A stretch of 64,000 bases of DNA, taken from Octopus bimaculoides (Eukaryota). Both the position numbers and the translations under genes were made by a program. Of the stretch, positions 1 to 13,755 are shown in pieces; position 1 is the first letter of the stretch; every line of letters starts with the position of its first letter. The DNA lies in contig NC_068982.1 of NCBI RefSeq assembly GCF_001194135.2, positions 192,044,700 to 192,108,699 of the forward strand, read 5' to 3'. Below the pieces are notes generated by a model. The model was not told the DNA's origin. It saw only the letters and a program-made list of their open reading frames with translations, and searched no databases.

Positions 1-98
1 GTGTTGCCATCCGGTTTCACCAGTCCTCAGTCAAATCGTCCAACCCATGCTAGCATGGAAAGCGGACGCTAAACGATGATGATGATGATGATGATGAT
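1..98 (+). mobile_element. Orphan RTE-type 3' tail; related tails at about 700-808, 6640-6820, 6870-7075, 46770-46935, 47900-48070(-), 62263-62366, 62480-62600, 63720-63870
   Basis: Near-identical to the 3' end of the RTE at 40543-40612 and to 62271-62366. Confidence 0.8.
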
Positions 99-808
99 TT
101 TGCGTGCGCACGTGTGTGTGTGTGTCTATGCCCCCGCTACTATTTGATAACAGGTGTTGGTTTGTTTACATCCTTATAGCTTAGTAGTTTGGCAAAAGAG
201 ACCACCAGAATAAGTACAAGGCTTAAGAAGTACGAAGAGCGGACAATTCATCCAATTAAACCCTTCAAGTTGATTCCCCAGCATGGTCACGGTGCACTGG
301 CTGAAACAAGCAAAAGATAAATGAACTTGTAGGGAGTCCTTTTTCTCCAGACTTAGCAAATCTTTTTTCACAAGCTGTCTCACTCGTTGCTCAGTTGGAT
401 TTGCAACAAAAGTAATTTGAAGCGACACACACACAAAATAAGTATAACAACAACAAAAATACCTCTAAATTCTTTCAAGAATGAATATTCTCCAAAATCG
501 TATCCATGGAACAATTTTTAAACTAAAAATCCAATCCATGGAAAGCATTTGCCTCTAAAACTTTGATGTTTAATTGTTTTCCTGAATTCTAAAACAGTTT
601 CCAGCAACATTGTTCCAGACTCACTCTATTATAATATCTGACACAATTCAGTCTTTCTTTTTTTCATATTCATTTAAAAAAAAAAATTGTTTTTGTTTTT
701 TCTAGCCAAGAGCAGCCTTCTGGTTCGCCAGTCCTCAGCCAAACCGTCCAACCCATGCCAGCATGGAAAGCAGACATTAAACAACGACGATGATGATGAT
801 GATGATGA

Positions 809-1035
809 TTAACCCTTCAGCATTCAATTATTCAGTGAAATGTTATGCTTATTTATTCACATTCCTTTTAATTAATCCTGCATTATCTCATAGCTTTGAG
901 ATTCTGATGATGAGATTATTTATTTTTAGAATCACCTTGTTGGGTAAGTGTAAGCGGGTGGATCTGGTGAGTTTGAACATCACACAAGTAGAATATTTGG
1001 GATGGGCATGGCTGGTTTAAATGTTAAACGGTTAA
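809..1035. mobile_element. piggyBac-type MITE (TTAA TSD, CCCTT.AGCATT TIR); related copies 9690-9910 and 25841-25942 (shorter)
   Basis: TTAA-cccttcagcatt ... aatgttaaacgg-TTAA; the same terminal pattern occurs in three copies. Confidence 0.7.
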
Positions 1036-1077
1036 AGTAAACATATGAACTGCCTTTATTGATGACAGGCTGACAGT

Positions 1078-1078
<1 letters not shown>

Positions 1079-1168
<90 letters not shown>

Positions 1169-1186
1169 ATGTGTGTGTGTGTGTGT
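1079..1186 (+). repeat. (TG)n microsatellite; representative of many (CA/TG, TA, AG/TC, TAC, ATT, GAT) tracts, e.g. 19404-19475, 23915-23990, 25270-25545, 32380-32500, 33845-33910
   Basis: Directly visible. Confidence 0.98.
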
Positions 1187-1199
1187 ATTATGTGCTGGG

Positions 1200-1540
1200 T
1201 CCAAAAGGACCGGCAGCACCCATGGCCTTTCGCAAGTTCTCCCAGACCAAAGAGACTAAATCTATTAATGTCCCTCTTGAACCTTAAAAAGTCAACATTT
1301 GCAGGAAATGAGATATGAGAAGAGAGAGTTCCAGAGGAGCAAGATTCTGGTGAGGAAGGACTGGGTGTAGTGATTAGTATAGGGTGTTTGGGGAGTAAGG
1401 AGAGTTGATCAGAAGAGAAGAACCAAGCGAAGAAAGGCAGCTCTGAGGAGCAGAGGGCATTATAGCAGTGGTAAGTAACACAGAGAAGCGCAAGAAGTAA
1501 TGCAGAGATAGGCGTGTGCCTGTGAATTACTTTATACCAA
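1200..1540 (-). mobile_element. CR1/Jockey-group LINE 3' end, decayed
   Basis: Frameshifted C-terminal motifs LCYLYHCYNALCSSEL, YTQSFLTRILLLWNSL and FPANVDFLRFKRDINRF. Confidence 0.55.
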
Positions 1541-2162
1541 CCAGTAGGGTGGTCCTTTTCTGGATATAGTCTACAGTGTCAGTATGTATTCAATCCCACT
1601 GTGTGACACTTTTGGCAAGTGTCTTCTATTTGACTCTTGGGCTGACCAAAGCCTTGTGAATAGACAGAAACTGAAAGAAGCCCATCGTATATGTGTGTGT
1701 GTGTGTATTTTTATGTCTTTGTTTATCCCCCCACCATTGCTTGACAATCGATGTTGGTATGTTTACATCCTCATAACCTAGTGGTTAGACTGATAGAATA
1801 AGTACTAGGCTTACAAAGAATAAGTCCTGGGGTCGATTTGCGCGACTAAAGGCGGTGCTCCAGTATGGCCACAGCAAAATGACTGAAACAAGTAAAAGAG
1901 TAAAAAGAGTATATATATATATATATATATNNNNNNNNNNNNNNNNNNNNNNNNNNNNNNNNNNNNNNNNNNNNNNNNNNNNNNNNNNNNNNNNNNNNNN
2001 NNNNNNNNNNNNNNNNNNNNNNNNNNNNNNNNNNNNNNNNNNNNNNNNNNNNNNNNNNNNNNNNNNNNNNNNNNNNNNNNNNNNNNNNNNNNNNNNNNNN
2101 NNNNNNNNNNNNNNNNNNNNNNNNNNGTGGTGATGATGGTGGAGGCGGGTTCAAGTTTTTAC

Positions 2163-2254
2163 CTGAATGTCAGAAAAGGTTTTGTTTCCTGATGCTGACA
2201 TCTTCTTGAACTAATTGATGTCTTTTGAGAAAATGACGTATCTTCAATGATTCC
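2163..2254 (-). other. Candidate exon of minus-strand transcript, possible start exon MSASGNKTFSDIQ
   Basis: Acceptor atcgtttcag and donor CAG|gtaaaa. In-frame TAG then ATG TCA GCA TCA GGA AAC AAA ACC TTT TCT GAC ATT CAG ends in phase 0. Confidence 0.4.
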
Positions 2255-3204
2255 CTGAAACGATTTTGGTCAATCAACAAAACAATGGTAAAGTCGATCC
2301 TGCCCCCCCCAACACACACACAGCCTGTTCTTCTTTGCCTCTACAGGACATCAAATAATAAAAAAAAAACTCATTGTGTTACCAAGTTTGAGAAATTATT
2401 TAGGTGACTGCCATATTTGAGACAACCAATTCTAAGAGGATGAGGAAGCACAGCATTGAGAAAGTGTCACTTGCTGAGGAGATCTCATAAAGATCTACTG
2501 CCAGAAACATGGACAGTGTTTAATATGTTCTACAGCTGTTTGACAACCATTTGATGGAATTCTAATGAAGAAAAAGGAAGAGAAGGTGCAGGGTGGGGGG
2601 GGGAGCAGGTGTTAAGAAACAGGTTAAATACCCAAGATGAACTCAAATTCCAAATTCCAATTATATATTTGTCCACATCAATTAAATCAACCTTCTCCCT
2701 GTTTATAAAAATGGTGCCAAGCTGTAATCCGAAGTGATGGCAGCAATTTTAAGAGAGAGTAAAGTCAGTTTATGAAGGAGTTGCCATTTGCTGTTGCAAG
2801 AAATAATGAAATACATCTGTAAAAGAATCCAAACCCTAACTCCCCATTTATTTTACCATTTCAAAAGGGAAAAGTGATGGGGGAACATTGGGGTCATATA
2901 TTTTGCAGCAGGCTTTGACCCATCACAATACGTTCTGTATTCAAAGTCAATTCTGTTTTCCGATTTCATTTTCCTAGAGGTGATGGCCATCCAAAGCCCT
3001 CTTTCCTTAAAAATTTGGAGTTGTACTGGGGCAAGGGTTCAACAATAAATAAGGATCTGTTGTAGAGTCAGTAACAATGGAGAAACTACAATATTTAATG
3101 TAGTTTCTCTCTTCTCCGAGTCCCCCTCCCCACACCAATATTGATTGGAGCGAATGTTTATCAATAAAATATGGAGTAGGTATGTGGCGGTCGATTGAAC
3201 TCAC

Positions 3205-3307
3205 TTTCTCCTGCTACAAAGCTGTCCTCTTCTTCTACATTGAATTTTAAACATTGTCTCAGTTGAAATTCTGTCCAACTCGACATTGTCTGTCATTTTT
3301 CTGCAGT
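3205..3307 (-). other. Candidate exon of minus-strand transcript
   Basis: Strong acceptor ttctttctttcacag and donor AA|gtgagt in unique sequence. One frame is fully open (CRKMTDNVELDRISTETMFKIQ...); another has stop then MSSWTEFQLRQCLKFNVEEEDSFVAGE. Confidence 0.4.
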
Positions 3308-3998
3308 CTGTGAAAGAAAGAACCAGTCAAGCACTGTTCCACCTCACTTCATACNNNNNNNNNNGGGGGGGGGGGTCAATATTAAACAACAACAAAATCA
3401 ATGTTGTTGTTGTTGTTGCTGTCTAATCCCAGGTCTGCCCTAAACAAACAAAACTAGGACCAAAGGCATTCCAGCCATGATCATCCCAATCACCCACACC
3501 CCACCACTGAACCCTTACATTGATCTTGTTCTCTAGAAAACCTCTGTCCGTCTGTCTGTCCCCAGAAGCTAACTTTGACCGAAATATTTCCTCACAAAAC
3601 AACAAAGAATAACAGATTTGTCTTGTGCACTTTTAGAGTAGCTCCTGCTACACAACTACTACTACTACTACTGCTGCTACTTTTAGTAATAGTAGTTGTG
3701 CTAAGAAGGAGGGGGCTGTTTCCACCCCCACCCCCACCCCCACTCTCCATTAACAACACCAGCAACAACCACAATTACAAATAGTGGGAGACAAAATAAA
3801 ATGAAAAACAACAAAAACTCTCCTCATTATAATGACTACCACTACGACCACCACTGCTACTACTACTACCACTACGACCACCACCACTGCTGCTGCTGCT
3901 GCCGCCATTTCCACTGTTTACTTTAACATCACAACCCGCCATTACCCCACCACCACCGCCGCCATAATAAATAATGTTTTGCACTTTTAGTTTGATAT

Positions 3999-4032
<34 letters not shown>

Positions 4033-4738
4033 GTCTCTCCTCTCTGACCCTCCTCCTCATTCTTTCTCTCACACACACTCTCCCCCTCTCCCTTATCTGC
4101 CTTCTTCTCTCTCTCAAACAATTATACAAGACATGGAGGAGGAGAATGTAATGTGACTCATCCTGTTCTTGTTGTTGTTGTTTAACCCCAGGTCATACTC
4201 AATTATAAGTAAACCTTTCCAACCATGACCATCCAGTCTTTTTCCTACGTGCAGGAGGGAACCGAGAGCGCATTATCTAATCTGTTCTTCTTTTCTGAGA
4301 CAATGGAGTGTAATTTGGAAGAGACGTAGCTGCTATTTCCAGCAGGTTCCAGCAACCATTTCCAGGCTTCCCAGGTGGCTGGTTGTTAGGGCTGTCTTGG
4401 AATATGGAAAATAAACAAAACCTCCACCAGTGAGGGGTGGAGTTAAGGTATGACCTGTGACCTGTGACCTGTGACATGTACTTTTAGTGGATGTTCTTTT
4501 AGTGTCTGGGCTTCATCTTAGAAATAGAAAGGGACACCACATGTTTAGAGAGGTACCCCCTCCCCCCACACATATATACCTACATACACATATTAATACC
4601 TATATAAACACACACACATATATACATACATAAATACCTACACAAATACACATGTACGTGCATACATATCTATATATTTTTATATGTACATATATCTACA
4701 CACACAGGCACATATACATACATACATACATATATATA

Positions 4739-4774
<36 letters not shown>

Positions 4775-5109
4775 TGTATGTAAACATATTTGCAAGCATA
4801 TATGCATACTCACAAATGTATGCACTCATGCATGCATGCATGCATGCATATATATATATATATAGACACATATATACGCACACATGCACGTGTGCACACA
4901 CAGACACACACACAGCCATACTGCTCAGTCTGGCTCTATTCCAGAGATAGCGGATTGACAGACTGGTTTAATTTAAATTACTATGACAGGCGTCATCACT
5001 AACAACAACACTACCTTCACCACCACCACCACCACCACCACCACCACCACCACCACTACTACTACATCCACCACTATGTCAGACATCACCATAACCATGA
5101 CCTTCACAC

Positions 5110-5272
5110 CATCAGCATCATCATCATCATCATCATGAGCATAATGAATCTCCTCAGTAATTAATGGACATTTAGCTTTCAACTCATTGTAATTCTCCAC
5201 TGCATCCTTCATCCTGTGGAAGGGACATACTGCATCCTTCATCCTGTGGAAGGGACATGCTCCACTGGTCAT
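5110..5272 (-). other. Candidate exon encoding Cys-Pro motif peptide with in-frame 30-bp duplication
   Basis: Acceptor ggtttccag directly before ATG; reads MTSGACPFHRMKDAVCPFHRMKDAVENYNELKAKCPLITEEIHYAHDDDDDDAD. Donor G|gtgtga is weak. Confidence 0.25.
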
Positions 5273-5726
5273 CTGGAAACCAGTATTGCTATGTCATGGC
5301 TGCTGATGAACAAATGCAAGTTGAGTTTGTGCCACCTGCAGATATTTCTGCACAGTGAGTGGCTCTAGTCTCTGTTTGTAATGCATATTTTTCTGCAGCT
5401 CTTCTCTTTGACAAAGCTGCAACCCTGGGCTGAGAAAAGACCAAAATTGAACACTTGACACCTGGAATATCACCGAGCACTCACTGTCCTCTACCAGTAG
5501 CATAATGTGATTGGTTGAAGTTCCACTTTGGTAATAGAGAGAGGACTAGTGATGAATGAGAGCAATGACATTCTCATTGAATCTCAAGGCATTGATGAGG
5601 AAGAACTAACTGGTCTGTTCTGGTGACTTTCAGGCCAGAGACCAGTTCTTAACCTCAAGTGAACCTTGAGTGGGCAGGGATACTGTGAAGCACTATCAGT
5701 TTCATATAAACTCCAGTTAGTCTACA

Positions 5727-5950
5727 ATATGGCTGGTTTCCTGGTTTCTCTGGCATGGATATATTGCTCCCTGGATGGGACACCATCCATCACCGGATTA
5801 CTCTGTTTTTTACCAGCTGAGTGAACTGGAATGTTTTGTTGAAGAACACAACGCATCGCCCTGTCCAGGAATCAAAGCCAAAATCTTATGATGGTGAGTG
5901 CAATGCCCTAACCCTAACCCTAACCCGAACCCCTTAGCCATGTACCTCCA
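5727..5950 (-). mobile_element. tRNA-derived SINE with V-domain-like gatggatggtgtcccatccagggg; (TTAGGG)n expansion in the A-box
   Basis: Head gtggaggtacatggc..ttagggcattgcactc..ttgattcctggacagggcg; V-like core identified from memory of the consensus. Confidence 0.55.
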
Positions 5951-7036
5951 CTTGATATACACTCAACTGGCAAAGAAATACCACCCAGCAGGGGCAGAGT
6001 GACAAACCCATATTGCACACACTTGTGCAATGTCCAAGCATTACTGACTTGTGAAGTTACAATAAACAGCTATCATTGCATGTAGGACAGAACTGGGTTT
6101 CAGCTGAGTTCATAGTGAAGGTTGCTCCCCTCCTTTAATAAGGTTGAGCAGGAAGTTTACATGCCTGGTATAGTAAAAATGGTGAATTTGTCAAAGGATG
6201 TGTGATTATTGTGAAAATAGAGTGAATGGTATTACTATAAGCATGAGCCTATAGACTGGAGGGCAACAGTTGGAAAAGGCCTGTGCCCTAATAGGTCAGG
6301 GTGATCCTGGATTTGTGGGGTTCCTTGAGTGGCCTTAATTGGAGTCTCTCCTGTATCAGGATGGACTGCATCATTCATGAGCTCACATATTTTGTTTACA
6401 ATATTTACTATACCAGCAACAAGCCATACCAGCAACAAGGTGAATTTCTGCTCGAATAGAATATGTCATGTTTGTTTATAGGAAACTGTTATGATGTGCA
6501 TTTTCCCCTGCGGTAGTGAAACCTGATCTTCAGATGTTGAGTCTGACAGAGGGGGTGACAAGGGATTGTGACCTTTGATGATTTGCTGTAAATAAAATCG
6601 CTATTGTGGTCAGTGTTACCCATGCCAGCAACTCATAAAAAGGTACACATGACACACTTGAAATGATTGGTGTTAGGAAGGGCTTCCAGCTGTAGCAACA
6701 AAGCCAAAACAGACTGGAACCAGATACCGTTCTCCAGCTTACCAGTTCCACTCAAACCATCTAATCCATGCTAGCATGGAAAGCAGATGCCAAATGATGA
6801 TGATGATGATGATGATGATGATATATCAAATTTAAAATTATTATGACGGGAAGCCACATAAAAAAGCACACAGTCCACACTTTGTAAAGTGGTTGGCATG
6901 AGGAAGGAAATCCAGCTGCAGAAACTGTACTAAAACAAACGACTAGAACCTGATGCAGCCCTTCACCCTTCACCCTTCACCCTTGCCAACTCCTGTGAAA
7001 CTATCCAACCATGCCAGCATAGAAAGCGGGCATTGA

Positions 7037-7079
<43 letters not shown>

Positions 7080-8047
7080 GTTAATGAAAGAAATGAACAA
7101 TTTTTAAGTAATTTTGATATGACAAATAGGTGTCATGCAAAGGTATTCACAAATATTCTCAAGGTAGTTCAAAGGAAAACTTTGTAATCACTTACTTTTA
7201 GTAAAAACAAATGAACAGAGAGGTGTGAGAGAGAGAGAGAGAGAAAGAGAGAAGGTGGGGGAGGGAGGGGAGAGAAAAAGGGAGACTATATCACAGTGAA
7301 TAAAAATTAGTTTTGTGATTGAAGCAAGTGCTTGAAATTTTTAATAATAAAGAAACTTGGAAACCTCATTTTGATAAAAAAAATATTACAATTGGAATTT
7401 ATAAAAGCATTTTCTAGGCAGTGTACAATTTCATAATTGCTTTCTTTTAGTACCACAGTATCAATGTGAAATGTTAAAGAAATAATAGTTGCAAATGAAA
7501 CTCAGTGAAAACATAAAAAGGACCAAAATACATAAAGGGGAAAATCTTTAACAAATTAGAATGACATAAAAACAGGCTTCGGATATAAATGCCGTGCAGA
7601 AGATATAAAACTAGTAAAATAAAACTAAGACATAACAACATACTTTAAAAAAACAAATGTTGGAGCTTTTCAACACGAAATGTCTAAAAACCCCAAAATG
7701 CTTACTGTTTTGGTTGCACTCAAACCCAGTATGGGATATTAACAGAAAAGTCATGGAGTGCTCAAACCTAAAGTAGACAGTGATCTTTCAGGTTTATTCC
7801 CATTTAATTTTATCCTGTTTTATCATACTTCTTTTATATTTATTTCCATGCAAATAAATGTACCTTTAAAAATCTTAATGTGTCCAGTCATATTTTCTGT
7901 AACACCTCTCAACCTCTACCTTTTCCATTTCTAAACTTGTTTCCTTTACTATTTCTTCTCTCTTTTTAACCCCTAATGAAAGTTTTGTAGTTTTCTATCT
8001 CATCAAGCTTTTGTATATTATAAAGAAACTTTTAGTATTATTATCAT

Positions 8048-8086
<39 letters not shown>

Positions 8087-10146
8087 CAGCAGCAACAGCA
8101 GCATTTAATAATGTATCCTTTTCAAGCTGAAGCCACTCAGCCCATCTCTTCCCACCTCCTCACAATGTCAGAGATAAGTAACTAAAGTCAATTGGGGACA
8201 CAGATGATGTCCTGTTTCCTTCCTTAACCCCTACCCACCCATCAATAACTACTTCTGGGATGAAAAATACCAACTTGATTTGAGGAGAAAACAGATGTGT
8301 TGTCTATACATGGCTTTATGCTTGTATATTCTTAAATGGGGACAGGTAAGATTTATATATATATATACCAGAGAATCCCCCCAAAACCAGGTGCCAATAT
8401 CTAAGCGTTACCTAAGTCTAATTAGATTATTTCAGAAGAAAAACCAAACAATATCAAAGTAAGCGATTCCCGCTAACAATGGATTCACAAACACTTAGCA
8501 CTGTACAAGAATGAAGGACAACCCAGAACAATGAGACTAAAAGAAATTCACGATGAAGCATAACAAAAGTATATTCCCATGAATGGGTACAAGCATAGTC
8601 ATGCAATCACGAGATTCTTGGTTCAATCCCATTGCATGCCATCTTGTGAAAATGTCTTTTGGGGTTGAACTAAGTAAATCATTGTATGGAATTGGGACCA
8701 ATGAGAACTGGGTGAAGTGAACAATGATGGAAAGGGCCAGTCATGTGATACACTGTGGCACCCTAATGCTACCTGAGAATTATGGTAATGATACACAATC
8801 TGTGGACTACTCAGCCAAATACACTAGAAATCAATAAGTAGAGAGTTTAATTAATCAAAAAAGTAAATAATTACAGTTATAATCGATGGCTAAAATCATT
8901 TACACACACACACACACACACAGCAGCATTGTGATATGGGCCACCTTGTACAGGTCAAATTCCACATCAGACAACCATGACAACTGCTGCACTTTAATAA
9001 CTATGATTTATTCAGACAACTAATCTATCTTTCTTGTCATTAATTCGGCTTAAGGCGGCAAACTTGCAGACTTGTTACTGTGCCTGGAATGAAGTGCTTG
9101 CTGGCATTTCTTCCAGTTCTATATCTGTTGAGTGCAAATGCTGCCAAGGTTCACTTTCATCTTTTCATCCTTTTGAGGGACATCAAATAAGAACCGGGAT
9201 CAAGCACTGGGACCAATGATATCAACTTAACCCCTCATCCAAAATTGCTAGCCTTGTGTCAAAGTTTGAAATCCTTATTAATTTGGCCTGGAGAATGGGA
9301 GGTGGGGGGGGGGGCATCACTATGACAGCACCCCACCACCACCACCACCACCACCAGTGACACCATTTAATGTTTCTTTTAAATAGCCACAAGTTGATGG
9401 TTGGAGAGAAAAAACATGTGCATGGAGGAAGTTTCAGAGGGAAGATGTTCAAAGGTGAAAGGACTGAAGTAGTGGTTTGTTTTGAACCAAGGAATGGACA
9501 CAGTTTTGGTGATGAGAGGGGAAGGGTGTAGAAAGGTGACACTCACCTCTGGTGGGGGGAGGGGAGAAAATTATTCTCAAACTGAAGTGGGGTGGGGGCT
9601 AAATACTTGCCCCCTCAGAGTGAACTTGACCAAAAACACCCAAGGAAGCAACAGAGCAACAATGGATTAGGATTAAAATAAACCATAGGTTAAGCCTTTA
9701 GCAATTTCTCTCTCAAATCTATTGCTTATCTATTCACAGTTTTCGATTAACCATTCATAATCTTGAAGCTTTGAAATTTCATTGGTGTCATTGCTTGTTT
9801 TCACAATGACATTGAAAGGTTGGTGTGAGAGGCCAGATCTGAATAGTTTGAGCACAAAACCATCAGAATATTTGGGTTAGATTCAGCCAGATTAAATGCT
9901 AAAGAGTTAACTCTGTCATCACAAACCTGAGAGCATAATGAAAGAGGATAACACCACAAGGTACCTTGCCCGATGTCCACCTTCTAGTCCACCGCCATGA
10001 ACTGCTCCTTCAACTAATCTACTGAACACAGAACTAATTTGATCAGTTCCATTAATTCTTCATTATTAGTTTCCATCAATAAATCAACTCTCGTCACTTT
10101 AATTATTTCTCCCAGCTTCAACATTTTTAACAGGTATTTTATCAGC

Positions 10147-10303
10147 AGCATAGCTGTGTGGCAAGAAACTTGCTTCCCAACCACATGATTCTAGGTTCAG
10201 TCCCACTCCATGACACCTTGGGCAAGTGTCTTCTACCATAGCCCAAAGCCAACCAAAGCTTTGAGAGTGTATTTGGTAGACAGAAACTGAAAGAAGCCCA
10301 TCG

Positions 10304-10341
<38 letters not shown>

Positions 10342-10580
10342 TACATATACTTATGAGGGGGGGGTGTTTGTACCCCACCCTACACTACTTGACAAGCATT
10401 GCTGATTTGTTTATGTCCCTGTAACTTAGCAGTTCAGCAAAAGGCGACTGACAGAATAAGTATTAGGCTTTAAAAAAAGAAAGAATGTACTAAGGGTCAA
10501 TTCATTCGGGTAAACCCTTCAAAATAGCACTCCAGCATGGCCACAATCTAATGTCCAAAACAAATAAAAAAAATAAAAGA
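10147..10580 (+). mobile_element. tRNA-derived SINE family S1 with CORE-like accttgggcaagtgtctt and central (TA/TG)n; other copies about 120-335, 1612-1910, 17421-18010(-), 18334-18673, 19690-19850, 32570-33135(-), 47630-47790(-), 51735-52092(-), 57033-57920
   Basis: Repeated alignable head gctgtgtggtaagaagcttgcttcccaaccac..ggttcagtccc and tail gactgaaacaagtaaaag. Confidence 0.85.
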
Positions 10581-12319
10581 GAACCCTGTTTGAGAAAGCT
10601 TACTTAATGAAACTTTGAAGTCACTATCCACAGCTAAAAACCATATAACTCTACTTCACATACTGGAATGTACACACACACACACACACACACTTTTTAT
10701 ACAAAGCTTCAAAGCAAAATAAGTCCTGTGTGGATATCTCTTCTCTAAACTATAATTATTAATTAATGTGTTGATTAATGCTGGCACTTTGCTGTGCTTG
10801 AGAAGTATGAATGTATGTGTGCTAGTTACAATATACATGGCAGCACTCCGTCGGTCACGACGACGAGGGTTCCAGTTGATCCGATCAATAGACCAGCCTG
10901 CTCGTGAAATTAACATGAAAGTGGCTGAGTACTCCCCAGGCATGTGTACCCTTAATGTAGTTCTGGGGGGAGATACAGCATGACATAGAGTGTGACACGG
11001 TTGGCCCCTTTTAAATACAGGTACAACAGAAACAGGAAGAAAGAGTGACAGAAAGTTATGGTGAAAGAGTACAGCAGGGTTCGCCTCTACCCCCTAGCGG
11101 AGCCTTGTAGAGCTTTAGATGTTTTCGCTCAATAAACACTCACAATGCTCAGTCTGGGAATTGAAACCACGATCCTACGACCACGACTCTGCTGCCCTAA
11201 CCACTGGGCCATTGCACCTCCACACAATATACATACTCTACATGCAACATCATAATTAGTCTTAGCACGGTGCCAAGTATTCTTCACCAAAAATGCTCGA
11301 CAAATATTCATTTAAATTTTGAATTCCTGGGGCTCCAACCAAAGTCTAACACTGAAAGAACAAATGGGCAGAGTTAATATTGATTTCAAATTTTGGCACA
11401 AGGCCAGCATTTTCGGGGAAGGGGGAAAATCAATTACATTGACCCCCAGTATTTTACTGGAACTTATTTTATTGATCCTGAAAGGATGTGATGGAATTTG
11501 AACTCAGAACGTAAAGATGGACAAAATGTGCTGCCATGGGGAAGTGTGAAGATTAGGGGTCAATGAGCAAGATGTCCTGTGATATCCGAGAAGCTTTTCT
11601 CTCCTCAGGTTGTAACAAAAAAAAAAGAAGACACTATTTGTGAGTAGCAGCAGTGAAGCAGTCAAGTGCTGGCTGTAAAAGTGCTCGGAACAGCAGAATG
11701 TACTGAAAGAGGTAAAAGGAAAACGAGCAGGCCAGACACTTCTTCCATCTCCAACTGGATGACACAGTGTTTAAAGTACGCCCTATTCATTAATGGCAAG
11801 CGAGGGAGGGAACAAAGAGGAATTAGTGAATGTCCTCTCCCTATCCTTCACCCACAGACACCACACACTCTTGAAATAATAATAATAATAAAAAAAGAAA
11901 AAGAAAAACAACCTTCTGTCTAAAAGTACATCTATCACTGGTGCCCTTTCCATGTATGTATATGTATATATAAATATATGTATATATAATGTGTATATGT
12001 ATACACACACACATACTTATGTATGTGTGTGTATGTGTATGTGTATATGAATATGCATTTAATGTGTATAAACACACATACACAAATAGAGAAAGGGCCA
12101 TGGGAGACAGTTGTACTTTTAAACAGAAAGTTATAATTTTGGTGGTTTTGTATGTGTATGTGTATCTGTGTGTGTGTGTGTGTGTGTGTGTGGAGAAGGA
12201 GGGGGAAAATGGAGGAGGGTCAGTCATTCAGCTTTGTTTAGTTCCTTCCCCCTCTCTCATCAATAGAAGAGGTGTTTATGGCTGTTTCCCTTCAATATAT
12301 CTGGCACTCTTCACAACTG

Positions 12320-12372
<53 letters not shown>

Positions 12373-13712
12373 ACACACATGGTTGTGGGTGTGCGAGTGT
12401 ATGTATATATATGTATATATATCTATGTGTGTATATATATATTTATGTGTGTATATATATATTTATGTGTGTATATATATGAATGTAAGTATGAACGCAT
12501 GTGTGTATGTATCTTTATATGTCTGTGTATGTATGCCAACATGTCTATGTGTATATGTATGTTTCTTAGACTTTTAATTCTTTGAATTCCTTGAATTTTA
12601 AAGGTGGTAGAATGGCAGAAACATTAGTGTGCCAGAGGAAATGTTTTGCATTTGTGTTAGCTATGTTCTGAGTTCAAATGTGAGCAAAGTCAACTGCACC
12701 TTTCCTCCCCTTGGGGTCAATACAATAGCAGTCAGTTCCTGGGATCAATGATGACAACTAAACTCTTTCCTTCCAAAATTGATGGATTTCTACCTAAACT
12801 AGTGACAAGGTTTTGAATTGTTCCTGCAAGAAAGGAATCAAAGATAATCTCCGTCACTGAAATTTGTGTGATAAGAATATTGTGATGTTACATGTTGATC
12901 TCAGATAAGTCTTGTATATTTTTACTGTTCCACTTACAGATTCAGTCTGTAAACAGTATCTTGGCAGGTGTCTTTCTTCACTTGAAAATCCTAGATTCTC
13001 CAGATTGTTATTTCAATATTGACTAACATGGAAGGCAGGCAGCTGACCGTTTCGGTTGGATAGGATTGTTGCTTTTCTGTTCCAAATAACTATACTCTGG
13101 TCTGTTATATTTGCACTTGGTAGAAGTTTTGATAGGAATGTCACACCTGTATTTCTTGTGTTGATGTGTGTGTGTTCTCTTTTCTCTTTTTAATCTTAGA
13201 GTAAATTCCAACTGGTCTCCTACTTTGGTAGCAAAGGCTGTCAAGGACAGTATTTCCTTCATCATCCTTTAAATCTTATGAAGCTCTTACAGATTTTTAT
13301 AGTCCCTGATATTGTAATCATCTATGAATTAAGAATTAAGGATCTCTCCCCAAGATCCATGTATGTACATACGTACATATGTGTGTGTATATGTGTATGT
13401 AAAAATGCTGCATGTATGTATTCAACAACAACAACAGAGGTGTTGTCTATGGGTATCCATTTTTTCTTCTTCTCTGTGGATGGTATTGTATATTGTTCTA
13501 GCAACATCATACTGCAATAATCGGATGTAGTACCATGACGATATTTTGGGGGCAGCCATTGACCATGAGTGAAAGATCTTCCATAGAAATGTGCCATGAT
13601 CAACCATTTGGGTTGCATCTCAGGGATTTAAAGGTTTCACTATCGTTTTGATCATAATATTTATGTGCATTCGTGATTACATAGATGCATCTAGATGTTT
13701 TCACACACACAA

Positions 13713-13755
<43 letters not shown>

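Noticed and set aside
980-1318. ORFs of poly-HT/VC/YI and poly-X throughout the ORF track
   Set aside because: Translations of dinucleotide microsatellites or N gaps, not genes.
5289-5700. Selenoprotein-like or ALAS/TDO coding region
   Set aside because: Stops in all frames include TAG; no SECIS or family motifs beyond the CP dipeptides.
8340-8410. Another hammerhead-like pLTR end (also about 57320-57350)
   Set aside because: Core nucleotides are not recoverable; only a vague resemblance.
12938-13321. Minus-strand exons or ORF (MMKEILSL..., donors at 12937 and 13290)
   Set aside because: Acceptors are weak and phases give stops when joined to the other candidate exons.
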